Assembly: GCA_964247135.1 (NCBI GenBank)
Contig: CAXTTL010000044.1
Span: forward strand, 1 to 25,562
Source: an uncultured Deinococcales bacterium
GTDB lineage: Bacteria > Deinococcota > Deinococci > Deinococcales > JAAFIG01
Direction of reading: 5' to 3'
Length of the DNA stretch: 25,562 bases
Position 1 is the stretch's first letter. The number at the start of each line of letters is the position of its first letter. Below the pieces are notes generated by a model. It was not told where the DNA came from. It did no database searches and saw only the letters and a list, made by a program, of their open reading frames with translations. Below, piece by piece: positions 1 to 9,489 of the stretch. Position numbers and translations under genes: made by a program.

Positions 1-18
1 GTTCGGGAGAAGGTACTT

Positions 19-330
19 TTAACGCAAACGAATCGCTTCCATGACTTCATCGACCATTTCGGTCGCATCGCCGCGCAACGCCGCCGTGGCAACGTGCGCC
101 TCGAGATGACCGCGCAGCACCACGTCACCCGCGCCCTCGAGCGCCCCCTGAACCGCTTTGATTTGCCGCAGCACATCCACGCAGTACACGTGCGGATTCT
201 CGAGCATTCGTTGAATGCTCTCCAAATGTCCTTTGGCGATGGCGAGACGGCGAATCGCCCGTTTGCGCGACTCGAGCGGCATACATAAGACTGTTTCGGG
301 TGCTTCAATGGTGGCGGCGGTTTTGGGCAT
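19..330 (-). CDS. csoR: CsoR/RcnR family copper-sensing repressor
   Basis: RRLAIAKGHLESIQRM..YCVDVLRQIKAVQGAL..LRGHLEAHV; Cys-His-His ligand pattern as in Thermus CsoR; start overlaps the copZ stop. Confidence 0.93.
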   Translation of the reverse strand: MPKTAATIEAPETVLCMPLESRKRAIRRLAIAKGHLESIQRMLENPHVYCVDVLRQIKAVQGALEGAGDVVLRGHLEAHVATAALRGDATEMVDEVMEAIRLR

Positions 331-539
331 TACGCTTTTGCGACGCTGGCGCCGTAACCTTCGTCGATGACAGCCGCAATCAGGGCTTCGGGGTTGACAT
401 TCTGACCTTCGACGCTGGCGGTTCCGTTTTTGAGGTCAACCTGAACAGTTTGCACGCCTTCAATGCTTTTTAGGGCTTTGGCGACGGCGCTTTCGCAATG
501 TCCACAGGTCATACCACTGACGTTGAGTTGAATATTCAT
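330..539 (-). CDS. copZ: Copper chaperone, HMA domain (69 aa)
   Basis: GMTCGHC motif; ATG at 539 preceded by AGGAGG; the upstream extension in the ORF track is promoter sequence. Confidence 0.93.
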   Translation of the reverse strand: MNIQLNVSGMTCGHCESAVAKALKSIEGVQTVQVDLKNGTASVEGQNVNPEALIAAVIDEGYGASVAKA

Positions 540-553
540 GTCTTGCCTCCTGT

Positions 554-573
554 ATATCCCCTTATAGGGGTAT
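554..573. promoter_or_regulatory. Putative CsoR operator for copZ-csoR
   Basis: ATATCCCCTTATAGGGGTAT, a C-tract/G-tract pseudo-palindrome typical of CsoR sites, between the -10 and the RBS. Confidence 0.75.
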
Positions 574-579
574 GGGAAA

Positions 580-608
580 ATGCTACAACCGAACGGTTTT
601 TCCGTCAA
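580..608 (-). promoter_or_regulatory. Sigma70-type promoter of copZ-csoR
   Basis: TTGACG (608-603), 17 bp, TAGCAT (585-580). Confidence 0.75.
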
Positions 609-736
609 GTTTAGACGGTGAGGGTTCCTCGAGTTTGATGCCGAAATTATAGATTTTGAAACTCGAGAAATTCTTTCTGCACTGGGTTATCTCTCGGTAA
701 TTCGACAACGTAATCTGGGATTGTGGTGCCGATAAC

Positions 737-765
737 TTGACGATTGATTCAAATCTGAGTAGGCT
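737..765 (+). promoter_or_regulatory. Sigma70-type promoter of copA
   Basis: TTGACG (737-742), 17 bp, TAGGCT (760-765). Confidence 0.75.
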
Positions 766-775
766 GTATTTGGAT

Positions 776-795
776 TTAACCCCCAGGGGGGATTA
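776..795. promoter_or_regulatory. Putative CsoR operator for copA, overlapping the RBS
   Basis: TTAACCCCCAGGGGGGATTA C/G-tract pseudo-palindrome immediately before the ATG. Confidence 0.7.
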
Positions 796-3125
796 TGATT
801 CAAGCAAACACTCAACATCAAACCACCCTCGAGTTGGGAGTCACGGGCATGACCTGTGCCGCCTGTGTCGCTCGAGTCGAGAAGGCGCTAACCAAAGTTC
901 CTGGCGTGTTAAACGCCTCAGTCAACCTTGCCACCGAACGCGCCACGGTGCAATACATTCCCGAAAGTGCCAGTCAAACCCAGTTCAAAACCGCGATTCG
1001 AGACGCCGGTTATGACGTGCTCGAGGCGCAAGTTGGCAAGGACCGTTCGGATATTGAACGGGAGGCTCGAGAGGCTGAGATTGCCGTTTTGAAGCGCGAT
1101 TTGATCTTTGCCACAGCCTTTGGAGTGCCGCTTTTGCTGCTCGCCATGATTCCAATGCTTTGGATGCCCGCCATGATGTTTTTACAAAGTCTTGCGCCCG
1201 CACGGGTTTGGGATTGGTTGATGCTGGCGCTGGCAGTTCCCGTCTATTTTGGTCCTGGCAAACGCTTTTTGACCCACGGCTGGAAAGCCTTGATTTCCGG
1301 CAGCCCAGACATGAACAGCTTGGTCATGCTCGGCACGAGCGCCGCTTTCTGGTACAGCAGCGCGGTGGTGCTGCTCGAGACGTTTGTGCCTGGCATGATT
1401 CCCGAAAATGGACGTTCGGTCTATTTCGAGGCGGCTGGCGTGGTGATTGCCCTGATCTTGCTGGGCAAGTACCTTGAAGCAATCGCCAAAGGGCGCACCA
1501 GCCAAGCCATGAAAAAACTCTTGGGCTTGCGAGCCAAAACCGCGCGGGTGCTGCGGGGCGGCACCGAACTCGAGTTACCGATTGATGAGGTGCTGGCAAA
1601 CGATCTGGTCAGCGTTCGCCCTGGCGAAAAAATTCCCGTAGATGGCACGGTGATTTCAGGCTCGAGTTATGTGGATGAAAGCATGATCACGGGCGAACCG
1701 ATTCCGGTCAGTAAATCTGTTGGCTCGAGCGTGGTTGGCGGCACCTTGAACGGCACGGGCGCGTTGACTTTTAAGGCGACGGCGGTCGGTGCGGACACGG
1801 TGCTGGCGCAAATCATCAAACTCGTCGAAACCGCGCAGGGCAGCAAATCCCCGATTCAAGGGCTGGCAGATCGGGTGGTGGCTGTTTTTACGCCAATCGT
1901 TTTGGGAATTGCCAGTTTAACCTTTGTACTCTGGATGATTTTTGGGGGCAACAGCGCCCTGGGTTTCGCGGTGGTCAACACCGTTGCGGTCTTGATTATC
2001 GCCTGCCCCTGCGCGATGGGTTTGGCGACGCCGACCAGCATCATGGTCGGTACGGGCAAAGCCGCCGAAATGGGCGTTCTGTTTCGCAAAGGCGACGCGC
2101 TCGAGGCGTTGCAGGGCGTTCAAACGATTGCGCTGGATAAAACTGGCACGCTCACCCGTGGCAAACCCGAACTGACCGATTTGATCAACTCGAGCGACTT
2201 GACTGACACGGAATTGCTGCGCCTTCTCGCCAGCATCGAGAACCTCAGCGAGCACCCGATGGCGCAAGCGATTGTCAGCGCCGCCAAAGAGAAAGGCTTG
2301 ACACTCGAGGATGCCACTGATTTTGAGGCAAACCCAGGTTTTGGGGTTTCGGCTCGGGTTTTGGGAAGACTGGTGCAAATCGGCGCGGATCGTTACATGA
2401 CCCAGTTGGGTTTGAACCTTGAAGGCTTCTCGGGCAACGCGGCACGACTGGGTGACCAAGGGAAGTCATCACTTTACGCCGCCATAAACGGCAAACTGAG
2501 CGCAATTCTGGCGGTCGCAGACCCGATCAAAGACGGCTCGAAATTGGCGCTCGAGGAACTTCACCGAATGGGCATCAAGGTCGTGATGATTACGGGCGAC
2601 AACCAACGCACGGCTCGAGCCATCGCCGTCCAGCTCGGCATTGACGAGGTTCTTGCCGAAGTGCTGCCCGACGGAAAAGCCAAAGCCATAGCACAATTGC
2701 AAACGGGTGGCACAAAAGTGGCGTTTGTCGGCGACGGCATCAACGACGCGCCCGCGCTGGCGCAAGCCGATGTTGGGCTGGCGATTGGCACGGGCACCGA
2801 CGTCGCCATCGAAACCGCCGATGTAATTTTGATGTCCGGCGACTTGCGCGGCGTGCCAAACGCGCTGGCACTGTCTCGAGCCACGATTTCAAATATCAAA
2901 CTGAATTTATTCTGGGCGTTTGCGTACAACATCGTGCTGATTCCGGTGGCGGCTGGCGCGTTGTACCCGATTTTCGGTTGGTTGTTAAGTCCAGTTTTGG
3001 CGGGTGCGGCGATGGGATTCTCGAGCGTCTTTGTGCTGACCAATGCGCTCAGACTTCGCAGCTTCAAAGCACCACTGATTGAACGGGTCCAACCAATCAC
3101 AAAAATGCGTCTGGCGAAAGTTTAA
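795..3125 (+). CDS. copA: Cu(I)-translocating P1B-1 ATPase
   Basis: N-terminal [31 protein letters not shown] and MxxSS motifs. Confidence 0.97.
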   Translation: MIQANTQHQTTLELGVTGMTCAACVARVEKALTKVPGVLNASVNLATERATVQYIPESASQTQFKTAIRDAGYDVLEAQVGKDRSDIEREAREAEIAVLKRDLIFATAFGVPLLLLAMIPMLWMPAMMFLQSLAPARVWDWLMLALAVPVYFGPGKRFLTHGWKALISGSPDMNSLVMLGTSAAFWYSSAVVLLETFVPGMIPENGRSVYFEAAGVVIALILLGKYLEAIAKGRTSQAMKKLLGLRAKTARVLRGGTELELPIDEVLANDLVSVRPGEKIPVDGTVISGSSYVDESMITGEPIPVSKSVGSSVVGGTLNGTGALTFKATAVGADTVLAQIIKLVETAQGSKSPIQGLADRVVAVFTPIVLGIASLTFVLWMIFGGNSALGFAVVNTVAVLIIACPCAMGLATPTSIMVGTGKAAEMGVLFRKGDALEALQGVQTIALDKTGTLTRGKPELTDLINSSDLTDTELLRLLASIENLSEHPMAQAIVSAAKEKGLTLEDATDFEANPGFGVSARVLGRLVQIGADRYMTQLGLNLEGFSGNAARLGDQGKSSLYAAINGKLSAILAVADPIKDGSKLALEELHRMGIKVVMITGDNQRTARAIAVQLGIDEVLAEVLPDGKAKAIAQLQTGGTKVAFVGDGINDAPALAQADVGLAIGTGTDVAIETADVILMSGDLRGVPNALALSRATISNIKLNLFWAFAYNIVLIPVAAGALYPIFGWLLSPVLAGAAMGFSSVFVLTNALRLRSFKAPLIERVQPITKMRLAKV

Positions 3126-3196
3126 AGGACTGAACCGAACAAATCATTTTCACGTATTTAAGCTGAGCCTATCATCCTGATCTCGAGGTTTTAATC

Positions 3197-3805
3197 ATGA
3201 AAAAATTATTGTTGACACTTGGACTTGCTGGCATGATCGGCTTGCTCAACTTTACCGGTTCAATTCTTGCCCAAATGAACATGGGCGAGGGCGCAATGGG
3301 CGACTCAAGCAGCAAAGCGCTGGTGAAGTTAAATGGCAAAGCGTATGACATCGCTTGGCTTTCGCAGATGATCGAACATCACCGTGGCGCAGTTCAGATG
3401 TCGAATGCGTGCCTCCAAACCTGCATCGATAAAGATGTCAAAACGGCAGCCCAAAAAATCATCAACGCGCAAGACAAAGAAATCAAACAAATGACCATGT
3501 GGTTGAAAAGCTGGTACAACGCCAAAGCCGATCCAAAACAAATGGCACTGATGAAAGCCGACAATAAATCCATGATGGACACTTCAATGACCGGCATGAC
3601 CCCAACAAGAGGTATGAAAATGCAGGCTGACCGCAGCTTTCTCGAGGGCATGATTGGGCACCACGAGCACGCCGTGGAAATGGGCAAAGATGGGGCAAAA
3701 CGTGCTTTGCGCCCAGAGTTGCGTAAGTTTGGACAGAACGTGGTGATTGATCAAAGCAAAGAGGTAAAGCAATTTCAAGGCTGGTTGAAAACCAAAAAAA
3801 TTTGA
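3197..3805 (+). CDS. Exported DUF305 (CopM-like, ferritin-fold) Met/His-rich metal-binding protein
   Basis: Signal peptide; two MIxHHxxAVxM repeats; directly after copA. Confidence 0.85.
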   Translation: MKKLLLTLGLAGMIGLLNFTGSILAQMNMGEGAMGDSSSKALVKLNGKAYDIAWLSQMIEHHRGAVQMSNACLQTCIDKDVKTAAQKIINAQDKEIKQMTMWLKSWYNAKADPKQMALMKADNKSMMDTSMTGMTPTRGMKMQADRSFLEGMIGHHEHAVEMGKDGAKRALRPELRKFGQNVVIDQSKEVKQFQGWLKTKKI

Positions 3806-3853
3806 ACCCAAGAAACCCGAGGTGTTGATTTCAATTTTGGGTTATAACCAAGC

Positions 3854-5344
3854 ATGACCTCAAGCCTCGAGTCCGAGTTTTTACTGCCCGAAGTCAAAAC
3901 CTGGTTGTCACAACCACGCAAACTCTTGATTGCGGGCAGGTGGCTCGAGGCTGTCGATGGAAAATTCTTGACCATCATCGACCCTTGCACGGGCGGGCAA
4001 CTCGCCACCGTGGCTGCGGCAAATCTCGAGGATGTGAACCTGGCGGTGGCTGCCGCCAGGCGGGCGCTCGAGGGTTCTTGGGGCAGCACAACACCCGCCG
4101 AACGTGGACGCCTGCTGTGGAAACTGGCGGATTTGATCGACGAAAACGCCGATTTCTTGCGGCAACTCGAGAGTTTGGACACGGGCAAGCCGGTCATGGA
4201 AACGTATGTCTTTGACCTGCCGATTGCCAGCGATCACTTTCGGTACTTTGCGGGTTGGGCAACCAAACTCACGGGTGAAAGCATTCCGACCTCCTTGCCT
4301 GGCGAGGCGCTCGCCTACACCCGCCGCGAACCCGTGGGCGTGGTCGGCGCAATCACACCCTGGAATTTTCCGCTTGCGATTGCCGCCTGGAAACTCGCAC
4401 CCGCGCTGGCGTGCGGCAACACCGTGGTCTTAAAACCCAGCGAACTGACGCCGCTTTCGGCACTCAAACTGGGCGAGTTGATCCTCGAGGCAGGGTTTCC
4501 GCCAGGGGTGGTGAACATTCTGCCTGGACTTGGACTGGAGGCTGGCAATGCTTTGGTCGAACACGCCGACGTGGACAAGATCAGCTTCACGGGTTCGACC
4601 CGCGTCGGGCGTGAAATTCTGGCAAAATCGGGCGGCAATTTCAAACGCGTGACGCTCGAGCTTGGCGGTAAAAGCCCGAACATCATTCTGCCCGACGCCG
4701 ATTTGGATGTTGCCATCGACGGCAGCCTGAGCGCGATTTTTTTCAACCAAGGCGAGGCTTGCGTGGCAGGCTCGAGGTTGTTCGTGCCAAAATCCATGAG
4801 TCAAGAAATTGTCAACGCTTTAAAATCTCGAGCCGAAAGCATTGTGCAAGGTTTTGGACTTGACCCAACCTCGCAAATGGGTCCAATGGTCTCGAGTTTG
4901 CACCAAGACCGCGTGATGGGTTTCGTTGAACGTGGCAATCAACATGCCGAATTGATTACAGGCGGCTCGAGAAACACCAACCTGCCAGGGTTTTACGTCA
5001 ACCCCACGATTTTTCTGGGCAGCGACGACCTCGAGATCGCCCGTGAAGAAATTTTTGGACCTGTGTTGACCATCCTCGAGTTTGAAAACCTTGAAGACTT
5101 AACGCGCCGTGCCAACTCGAGCCAGTACGGGCTTGGCGCTGGCATCTGGACTTCGGATGTGCGCCAAGGGATTCGACTGGCGCACGCTTTAAAGGCTGGC
5201 AGCGTTTGGATTAACGGTTACGGAATGCTGGATGCCGCACTGCCTTGGGGCGGGTTTAAGAGCAGCGGCATCGGGCGTGAGATGGGTTCGGCGGCGCTCG
5301 AGACGTACACTGAACTCAAAACCGTTTGGGTGAATTTACTTTAA
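3854..5344 (+). CDS. NAD(P)-dependent aldehyde dehydrogenase
   Basis: ITPWNFP, KPSELTP, FTGST, LELGGKSP, catalytic Cys in GEACVAGSR, EEIFGP. Confidence 0.96.
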   Translation: MTSSLESEFLLPEVKTWLSQPRKLLIAGRWLEAVDGKFLTIIDPCTGGQLATVAAANLEDVNLAVAAARRALEGSWGSTTPAERGRLLWKLADLIDENADFLRQLESLDTGKPVMETYVFDLPIASDHFRYFAGWATKLTGESIPTSLPGEALAYTRREPVGVVGAITPWNFPLAIAAWKLAPALACGNTVVLKPSELTPLSALKLGELILEAGFPPGVVNILPGLGLEAGNALVEHADVDKISFTGSTRVGREILAKSGGNFKRVTLELGGKSPNIILPDADLDVAIDGSLSAIFFNQGEACVAGSRLFVPKSMSQEIVNALKSRAESIVQGFGLDPTSQMGPMVSSLHQDRVMGFVERGNQHAELITGGSRNTNLPGFYVNPTIFLGSDDLEIAREEIFGPVLTILEFENLEDLTRRANSSQYGLGAGIWTSDVRQGIRLAHALKAGSVWINGYGMLDAALPWGGFKSSGIGREMGSAALETYTELKTVWVNLL

Positions 5345-5360
5345 CCAGTAAACTCTGTTC

Positions 5361-5978
5361 ATGTCGCTCGAGATTCATGCTTCAGACCAGTACGTGACCG
5401 CTCCCGCCAGCACCACGCTCGCCCAACTCGAGACGGCACTGCCCGAAAATTTGCATTACCGTGCGCCGTTGATTGACCTCACGCTCGAGGATTGGGTGCT
5501 TTCGGGTGGCGTCGGTCTGTTGGCTGCGCCTGTGGTTCGCAAGGACGTGCTGGGTTTAACCTATACCTCGAGCGCGGGTTCGGTGCAGGCGGGTGGGCGC
5601 GTGGTCAAGAACGTTTCGGGTTATGACTTGGTGCGTTTGGTCGTGGGTTCAGACCCGAGTTTAAGCCGTGCGGTGAGGCTCGAGTCGGTCACATTGCGAT
5701 TGCGTCCAAAACCCAACATCACGCGGCTCGAGAAAGTAGTTTCCAATCTCGAGGCGGGTTTTGAGGAATTGCGTAGTTTAGGCGCCGCATTTGGCTTGGC
5801 GTATCAACAGAACAACACTTGGGTCTTGCGCGGCGAATGGTGGGATGCCACGCCAGATTGGGGAACATCAGCACTCGAGGTTGTACCAAAAACCATCTGG
5901 CAAGATGCGCTCGGCGTGTTTCCTCGAGCAGTGAAGGTTTTGGATTCGCTCGAGCAACGGGTCTTGAGGGCATTGTGA
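5361..5978 (+). CDS. Short GlcE-like FAD-binding oxidoreductase subunit
   Basis: AGGRVVKNVSGYDLVRLVVGS and VTLRLRP motifs of GlcE; no SD, TAAACT 6 nt upstream of the ATG (likely leaderless). Confidence 0.75.
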   Translation: MSLEIHASDQYVTAPASTTLAQLETALPENLHYRAPLIDLTLEDWVLSGGVGLLAAPVVRKDVLGLTYTSSAGSVQAGGRVVKNVSGYDLVRLVVGSDPSLSRAVRLESVTLRLRPKPNITRLEKVVSNLEAGFEELRSLGAAFGLAYQQNNTWVLRGEWWDATPDWGTSALEVVPKTIWQDALGVFPRAVKVLDSLEQRVLRAL

Positions 5979-5998
5979 TTCAAAGCCTCGAGTCGGGT

Positions 5999-6034
5999 CG
6001 CTATTAAGGTTTTTGCCCTAAAACTTTAATAGCG
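5999..6034. terminator. Stem-loop after the GlcE-like gene
   Basis: CGCTATTAAGGTTTT-tgccct-AAAACTTTAATAGCG, 15-bp stem with one G-T pair. Confidence 0.55.
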
Positions 6035-6256
6035 CTTGGCGTTATTAAAGAAGTCTTAATTAGTGGTTGGTTCAATCATTTGAAATGACGCCTAAGAAAC
6101 TCGAGTGGGTTAGAGTTTCGATTCCGATAGGGCAAAAATAGCATTCAAGAATTCGACTAAGTCGTGGAATTTGCCCTGGTGAAACTATTTTGTACTCAAT
6201 CCAAGATAGTTCCAAAAACCGTGAATGATAAAATGAAATTCTCCATTCGTCAAGAC

Positions 6257-6285
6257 TTGCACGATTAATTTATCAATGCTAGAGT
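6257..6285 (+). promoter_or_regulatory. Putative promoter of the lipoprotein gene
   Basis: TTGCAC, 17 bp, TAGAGT with extended -10 TG at 6277-6278. Confidence 0.6.
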
Positions 6286-6335
6286 TTTTGCTCGAGACTC
6301 CCTACCATTTCGAGTCTTACAAAAAAATCACAGGG

Positions 6336-6393
6336 GCTTCTGAAAAGGAAGCTTCTGAAAAGGAAGCTTCTGAAAAGGAAGCTTCTGAAAAGG
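6336..6393 (+). repeat. 15-bp tandem repeat GCTTCTGAAAAGGAA, 3 full copies plus 13 nt
   Basis: Units start at 6336, 6351, 6366 and 6381; the last runs into the AAGGGG RBS. Confidence 0.95.
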
Positions 6394-6401
6394 GGCTGTT
6401 T

Positions 6402-7529
6402 GTGAAGAAAGTATCGTTGTTCTACCGTTTAAGGGCTTTATCGTTATCGGCACTGATTTTGTTTACAAGTTGTGCCACCAATTTACCTCAACCTCCCAAA
6501 AGCGAAAATCCAAACATAGACACACCACAACCCATAGTCACGGCTGATGATCCAACAGCAATCAAGGGTTGGTTTTGGAATCCTTCATGGTGGGAACAAG
6601 ACGGGGCACTTGTACCTGAAGTCGTTGGCACAATCAATGAAAATCCTTGGATTTTGCAAACGGCAGGTCGCGCACGAAATGCAGCTTTAAGAACAACAGC
6701 AACAACCCCTCAGTTTAATTTAGCAAAAGCAAAACAAAAATGGAATGCAGCGACAGGACTTTTGACCGTTCTCGTACCGTTTCAAGATGTTGCATCCCCA
6801 TATTTCGCCACTGTTTTTATCCGTCCTCAATGGAATGCTTGGGGACCGCATACTTGGACTATTGAAGGCGTAGATGTAACTGGAATACTCAAAGTATCGG
6901 GAAACTCAAACATTGCTGTAATGACCGTACAAATTAATTCAGATTCTACTTTTGGTACAGGTTTTATGCAGGTTATTGACCCAGTTGCCAAAAAAACAGT
7001 TTCTAGTTTTGAAACCGAAGGCAACGCATTAGAGACTCAAATTGCATCACTTGCATCACCTACCGTAACTGCTCTCGGCGTTGAGCCTTGTGCTCCCTCT
7101 GGTGTTACGGTTGCTAAGGTAGGTTCAACAGTTCCTACCCCCGTTCCTCCATGTAAAGATAGTACGGTAAATCCACCAAAAAATACTGGTTCAAATACGA
7201 TTGACAGCAACAACACAATCTCTGAAACAAGACCATTACCATTTCCACCTGTCGATGCTTCACAACCAGACTGTGCCGCCCTGTTACAGGCATGGAAAGA
7301 TGCTGACGAAACTAGAAAAAATGCTGACGAAAACTCTCGCTCATACTGGGCAGCATCAGGAGCATTTTGTACCGGTGCTGCTGTGCAAGTAGGGCTAGAC
7401 CCCCTTACCGATGTCGCATGTGGCATTGCTGTTTGGCAGGCTAAAGTTGCTACTGCTCAAATGAATCAAGCTCGAAAAGCTGAAGCTCGAGCAGCAGCAG
7501 CTTATAAGAATGCCAATTGTAAAAAGTAA
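6402..7529 (+). CDS. Lipoprotein with Pro-rich linker and Cys-rich helical C-terminal domain (possible toxin)
   Basis: GTG at 6402 after AAGGGG; signal peptide with FTS-C lipobox; six further Cys in the C-terminal part; AT-rich. Confidence 0.75.
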   Translation: MKKVSLFYRLRALSLSALILFTSCATNLPQPPKSENPNIDTPQPIVTADDPTAIKGWFWNPSWWEQDGALVPEVVGTINENPWILQTAGRARNAALRTTATTPQFNLAKAKQKWNAATGLLTVLVPFQDVASPYFATVFIRPQWNAWGPHTWTIEGVDVTGILKVSGNSNIAVMTVQINSDSTFGTGFMQVIDPVAKKTVSSFETEGNALETQIASLASPTVTALGVEPCAPSGVTVAKVGSTVPTPVPPCKDSTVNPPKNTGSNTIDSNNTISETRPLPFPPVDASQPDCAALLQAWKDADETRKNADENSRSYWAASGAFCTGAAVQVGLDPLTDVACGIAVWQAKVATAQMNQARKAEARAAAAYKNANCKK

Positions 7530-7537
7530 ACAACTGC

Positions 7538-7573
7538 TTTCCTGGGTTAAGAAAGCTTTCTTAACCCAGGAAA
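7538..7573. terminator. Perfect 36-bp palindrome (terminator or RNA-processing stem)
   Basis: TTTCCTGGGTTAAGAAAG|CTTTCTTAACCCAGGAAA. Confidence 0.7.
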
Positions 7574-7592
7574 ACTAGTGGAGGAGAATACT

Positions 7593-7874
7593 ATGGATTT
7601 TATCTTAGATAGCGATCATATTTTCACATATATTGGCGCAACTATCACTGGTTTGATACTTTATGGTTTTTTTAAAAAAGATTCAAAAAGAATTTTCTTT
7701 TCTAGTATAGCGTTGACTATTATCTCTGCTCTCTACATTCTCTGGTCAACGAGAAATCTTAAAACTACACCAGAATCTAATGTTTTTAAAAATTATATAA
7801 TTCCTGATTTTATTATTTTTCTTTGTATAAATATTGGGATCATACCAAATATTTTACGCAAAAAAGTAAGCTAG
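7593..7874 (+). CDS. Small membrane protein, about 3 TM segments (possible immunity protein)
   Basis: GGAGG RBS then ATG 7593; three hydrophobic stretches separated by Lys-rich loops; very AT-rich. Confidence 0.75.
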   Translation: MDFILDSDHIFTYIGATITGLILYGFFKKDSKRIFFSSIALTIISALYILWSTRNLKTTPESNVFKNYIIPDFIIFLCINIGIIPNILRKKVS

Positions 7875-7922
7875 CCATAACTTAAATATAATAAACGCTT
7901 AAATTCTATATCTAATTATAAA

Positions 7923-7952
7923 GTAAAGGGTGAGCAAATGCTCACCCTTTAC
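7923..7952. terminator. Bidirectional terminator between convergent genes
   Basis: GTAAAGGGTGAGCA-aa-TGCTCACCCTTTAC, 14-bp stem. Confidence 0.8.
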
Positions 7953-7973
7953 ATATTGCTTCTCGAGATTCTA

Positions 7974-8681
7974 TTACTCTGCGCGTCCAGCGTTTAAGCT
8001 CTCGGTCAGTGCTTTGAAGCCTTCTTCGTCGCCCTTGGCGAGAAGTTCGGCTTGTGCAGCCCATGATCCCATGCTTGGGTGGCTCTTCATGTCGGCAGCC
8101 TCGAGTGCAGCTTTGAGGCTGTCTTCGTTGCTGGCGGCAAGTTGGGCGTAAGTGGTGATTCCGGCGGCGATCAGGGCGTCATTGATTTGGGGTCCGATGC
8201 CTTCAATGCGCTTGAGGTCTTCGGTCACAACGGCGTTGCTCGAGTTGGTCACAGCAACGGCGGCGGCAGCCACAGCGCTGGCTTTGCTGGCGGCGGCGCT
8301 GGCTTGGACTTTCATCATACGACCGCGATCTGTTTTGATCTTGGCGGCTTTACCACGGAGTTCGCGCAAGTAGTACAGCTTGGCGCGGCGAACCTTACCA
8401 CGCTCGAGCACCGTAACCTTGTCAATCAATGGGGTGTTGTACGGAAAAATACGTTCGACGCCTTCGTTGAAAGCAATTTTGCGCACGGTGAAGCTTTTGG
8501 CGGTGCCACCGTGGTTGATGGCGATGACGACACCCTCGAACGCTTGAACGCGGGTTCGGGTACCTTCGGTGACTTTGTAATCGACACGAACGGTATCGCC
8601 CGGACGGAAGTCTGGGATGTCAGAACGCAAGTGAGATTGTTCGACGCTTTTTAAAATCGCGCCTCGGTTAACTGTTGTCAT
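7974..8681 (-). CDS. rplS: 50S ribosomal protein bL19 with Ala-rich linker and C-terminal helix-hairpin-helix (DUF4332-like) domain
   Basis: [50 protein letters not shown], then [30 protein letters not shown] before ATG 8681. Confidence 0.96.
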   Translation of the reverse strand: MTTVNRGAILKSVEQSHLRSDIPDFRPGDTVRVDYKVTEGTRTRVQAFEGVVIAINHGGTAKSFTVRKIAFNEGVERIFPYNTPLIDKVTVLERGKVRRAKLYYLRELRGKAAKIKTDRGRMMKVQASAAASKASAVAAAAVAVTNSSNAVVTEDLKRIEGIGPQINDALIAAGITTYAQLAASNEDSLKAALEAADMKSHPSMGSWAAQAELLAKGDEEGFKALTESLNAGRAE

Positions 8682-8765
8682 GTGTTTCCTTTCGCCGCAG
8701 GCGGAACGCGGTATACTCACTCCCGAGTTCACTCCGGCATCACCCTGTTTCAGGGCAGCCGTAAG

Positions 8766-8794
8766 AGTGTACACCTGAACACCCAACTCGGCAA
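8766..8794 (-). promoter_or_regulatory. rplS promoter
   Basis: TTGCCG, 17 bp, TACACT. Confidence 0.65.
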
Positions 8795-8881
8795 GCGGCA
8801 TTGACCCAGGCAAAATCTGGGACTCATACCGTTTTTTGAATAAATTTGGTAAAGTCTCAAAATATTTACGGGGGAATGAAC

Positions 8882-9352
8882 ATGTCTCGAGAGGTAAAAT
8901 TAACCCAGGAAGGCTTTGAACGCCTTCAGAAACAATTGGAAATTGAACAGCAGCGCCTGGCAGACGCCACGGGAATCTTGCAGGAACAAACCGGCTCGAG
9001 TGACGATTTTGACGATTCGGGCATTGAAGATGCCAAACGCGAGAAGCAAAACATTGCCATTCGCATCGACGAACTCGAGGACACCCTGGCTCGAGCCGTG
9101 ATTATTGCCCACAAAGAGGGCAGCAAAAACGTCGAGTTGGGCAGTGTGGTGAAACTGATCGAGGAAAAATCGGGGCGCGAACTCGAGGTGCAACTCGTCA
9201 GTGGAGCGGAAGCCACCGTACTTGGCGGCATTCGCAAGGTTTCGGACGACAGCCCGCTTGGGACAAAACTGATCGGCAAGAAGAAAAACGAAATGTTTAT
9301 TGTGGACCTTGAGAAAAACCAGCTCAAATACAAAGTGCTCGAGATACGTTAG
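8882..9352 (+). CDS. gfh1: Gre-family transcription factor, Gfh1 type
   Basis: [29 protein letters not shown]; acidic DDxDD tip matches Thermus Gfh1 rather than the GreA GDLSENAEY tip. Confidence 0.88.
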   Translation: MSREVKLTQEGFERLQKQLEIEQQRLADATGILQEQTGSSDDFDDSGIEDAKREKQNIAIRIDELEDTLARAVIIAHKEGSKNVELGSVVKLIEEKSGRELEVQLVSGAEATVLGGIRKVSDDSPLGTKLIGKKKNEMFIVDLEKNQLKYKVLEIR

Positions 9353-9370
9353 GGAGTGGCTTGAATTTTT

Positions 9371-9399
9371 GGGCGCTCCGAGGGGCGCTCGATTTTTTT
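9371..9399 (+). terminator. Rho-independent terminator after gfh1
   Basis: GGGCGCTC-cgag-GGGCGCTC stem with G-T pairs followed by a T7 run. Confidence 0.7.
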
Positions 9400-9489
9400 G
9401 GAAATGAAGCAGCAAATAGCAGTTAGCGATTGGCAATGAGCCAAGATCAAGAACCAAAACTCGAGAAATGTACCGTATCGCCCCTGAAT

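Noticed and set aside
6276-6401. N-terminal EKEAS repeats as part of the lipoprotein
   Set aside because: The ATG at 6276 overlaps the predicted extended -10 and lacks an RBS; the signal peptide begins at GTG 6402
6291-7967. CTCGAG sites at both ends of the AT-rich island as integration sites
   Set aside because: At one site per 135 bp, flanking sites are expected by chance
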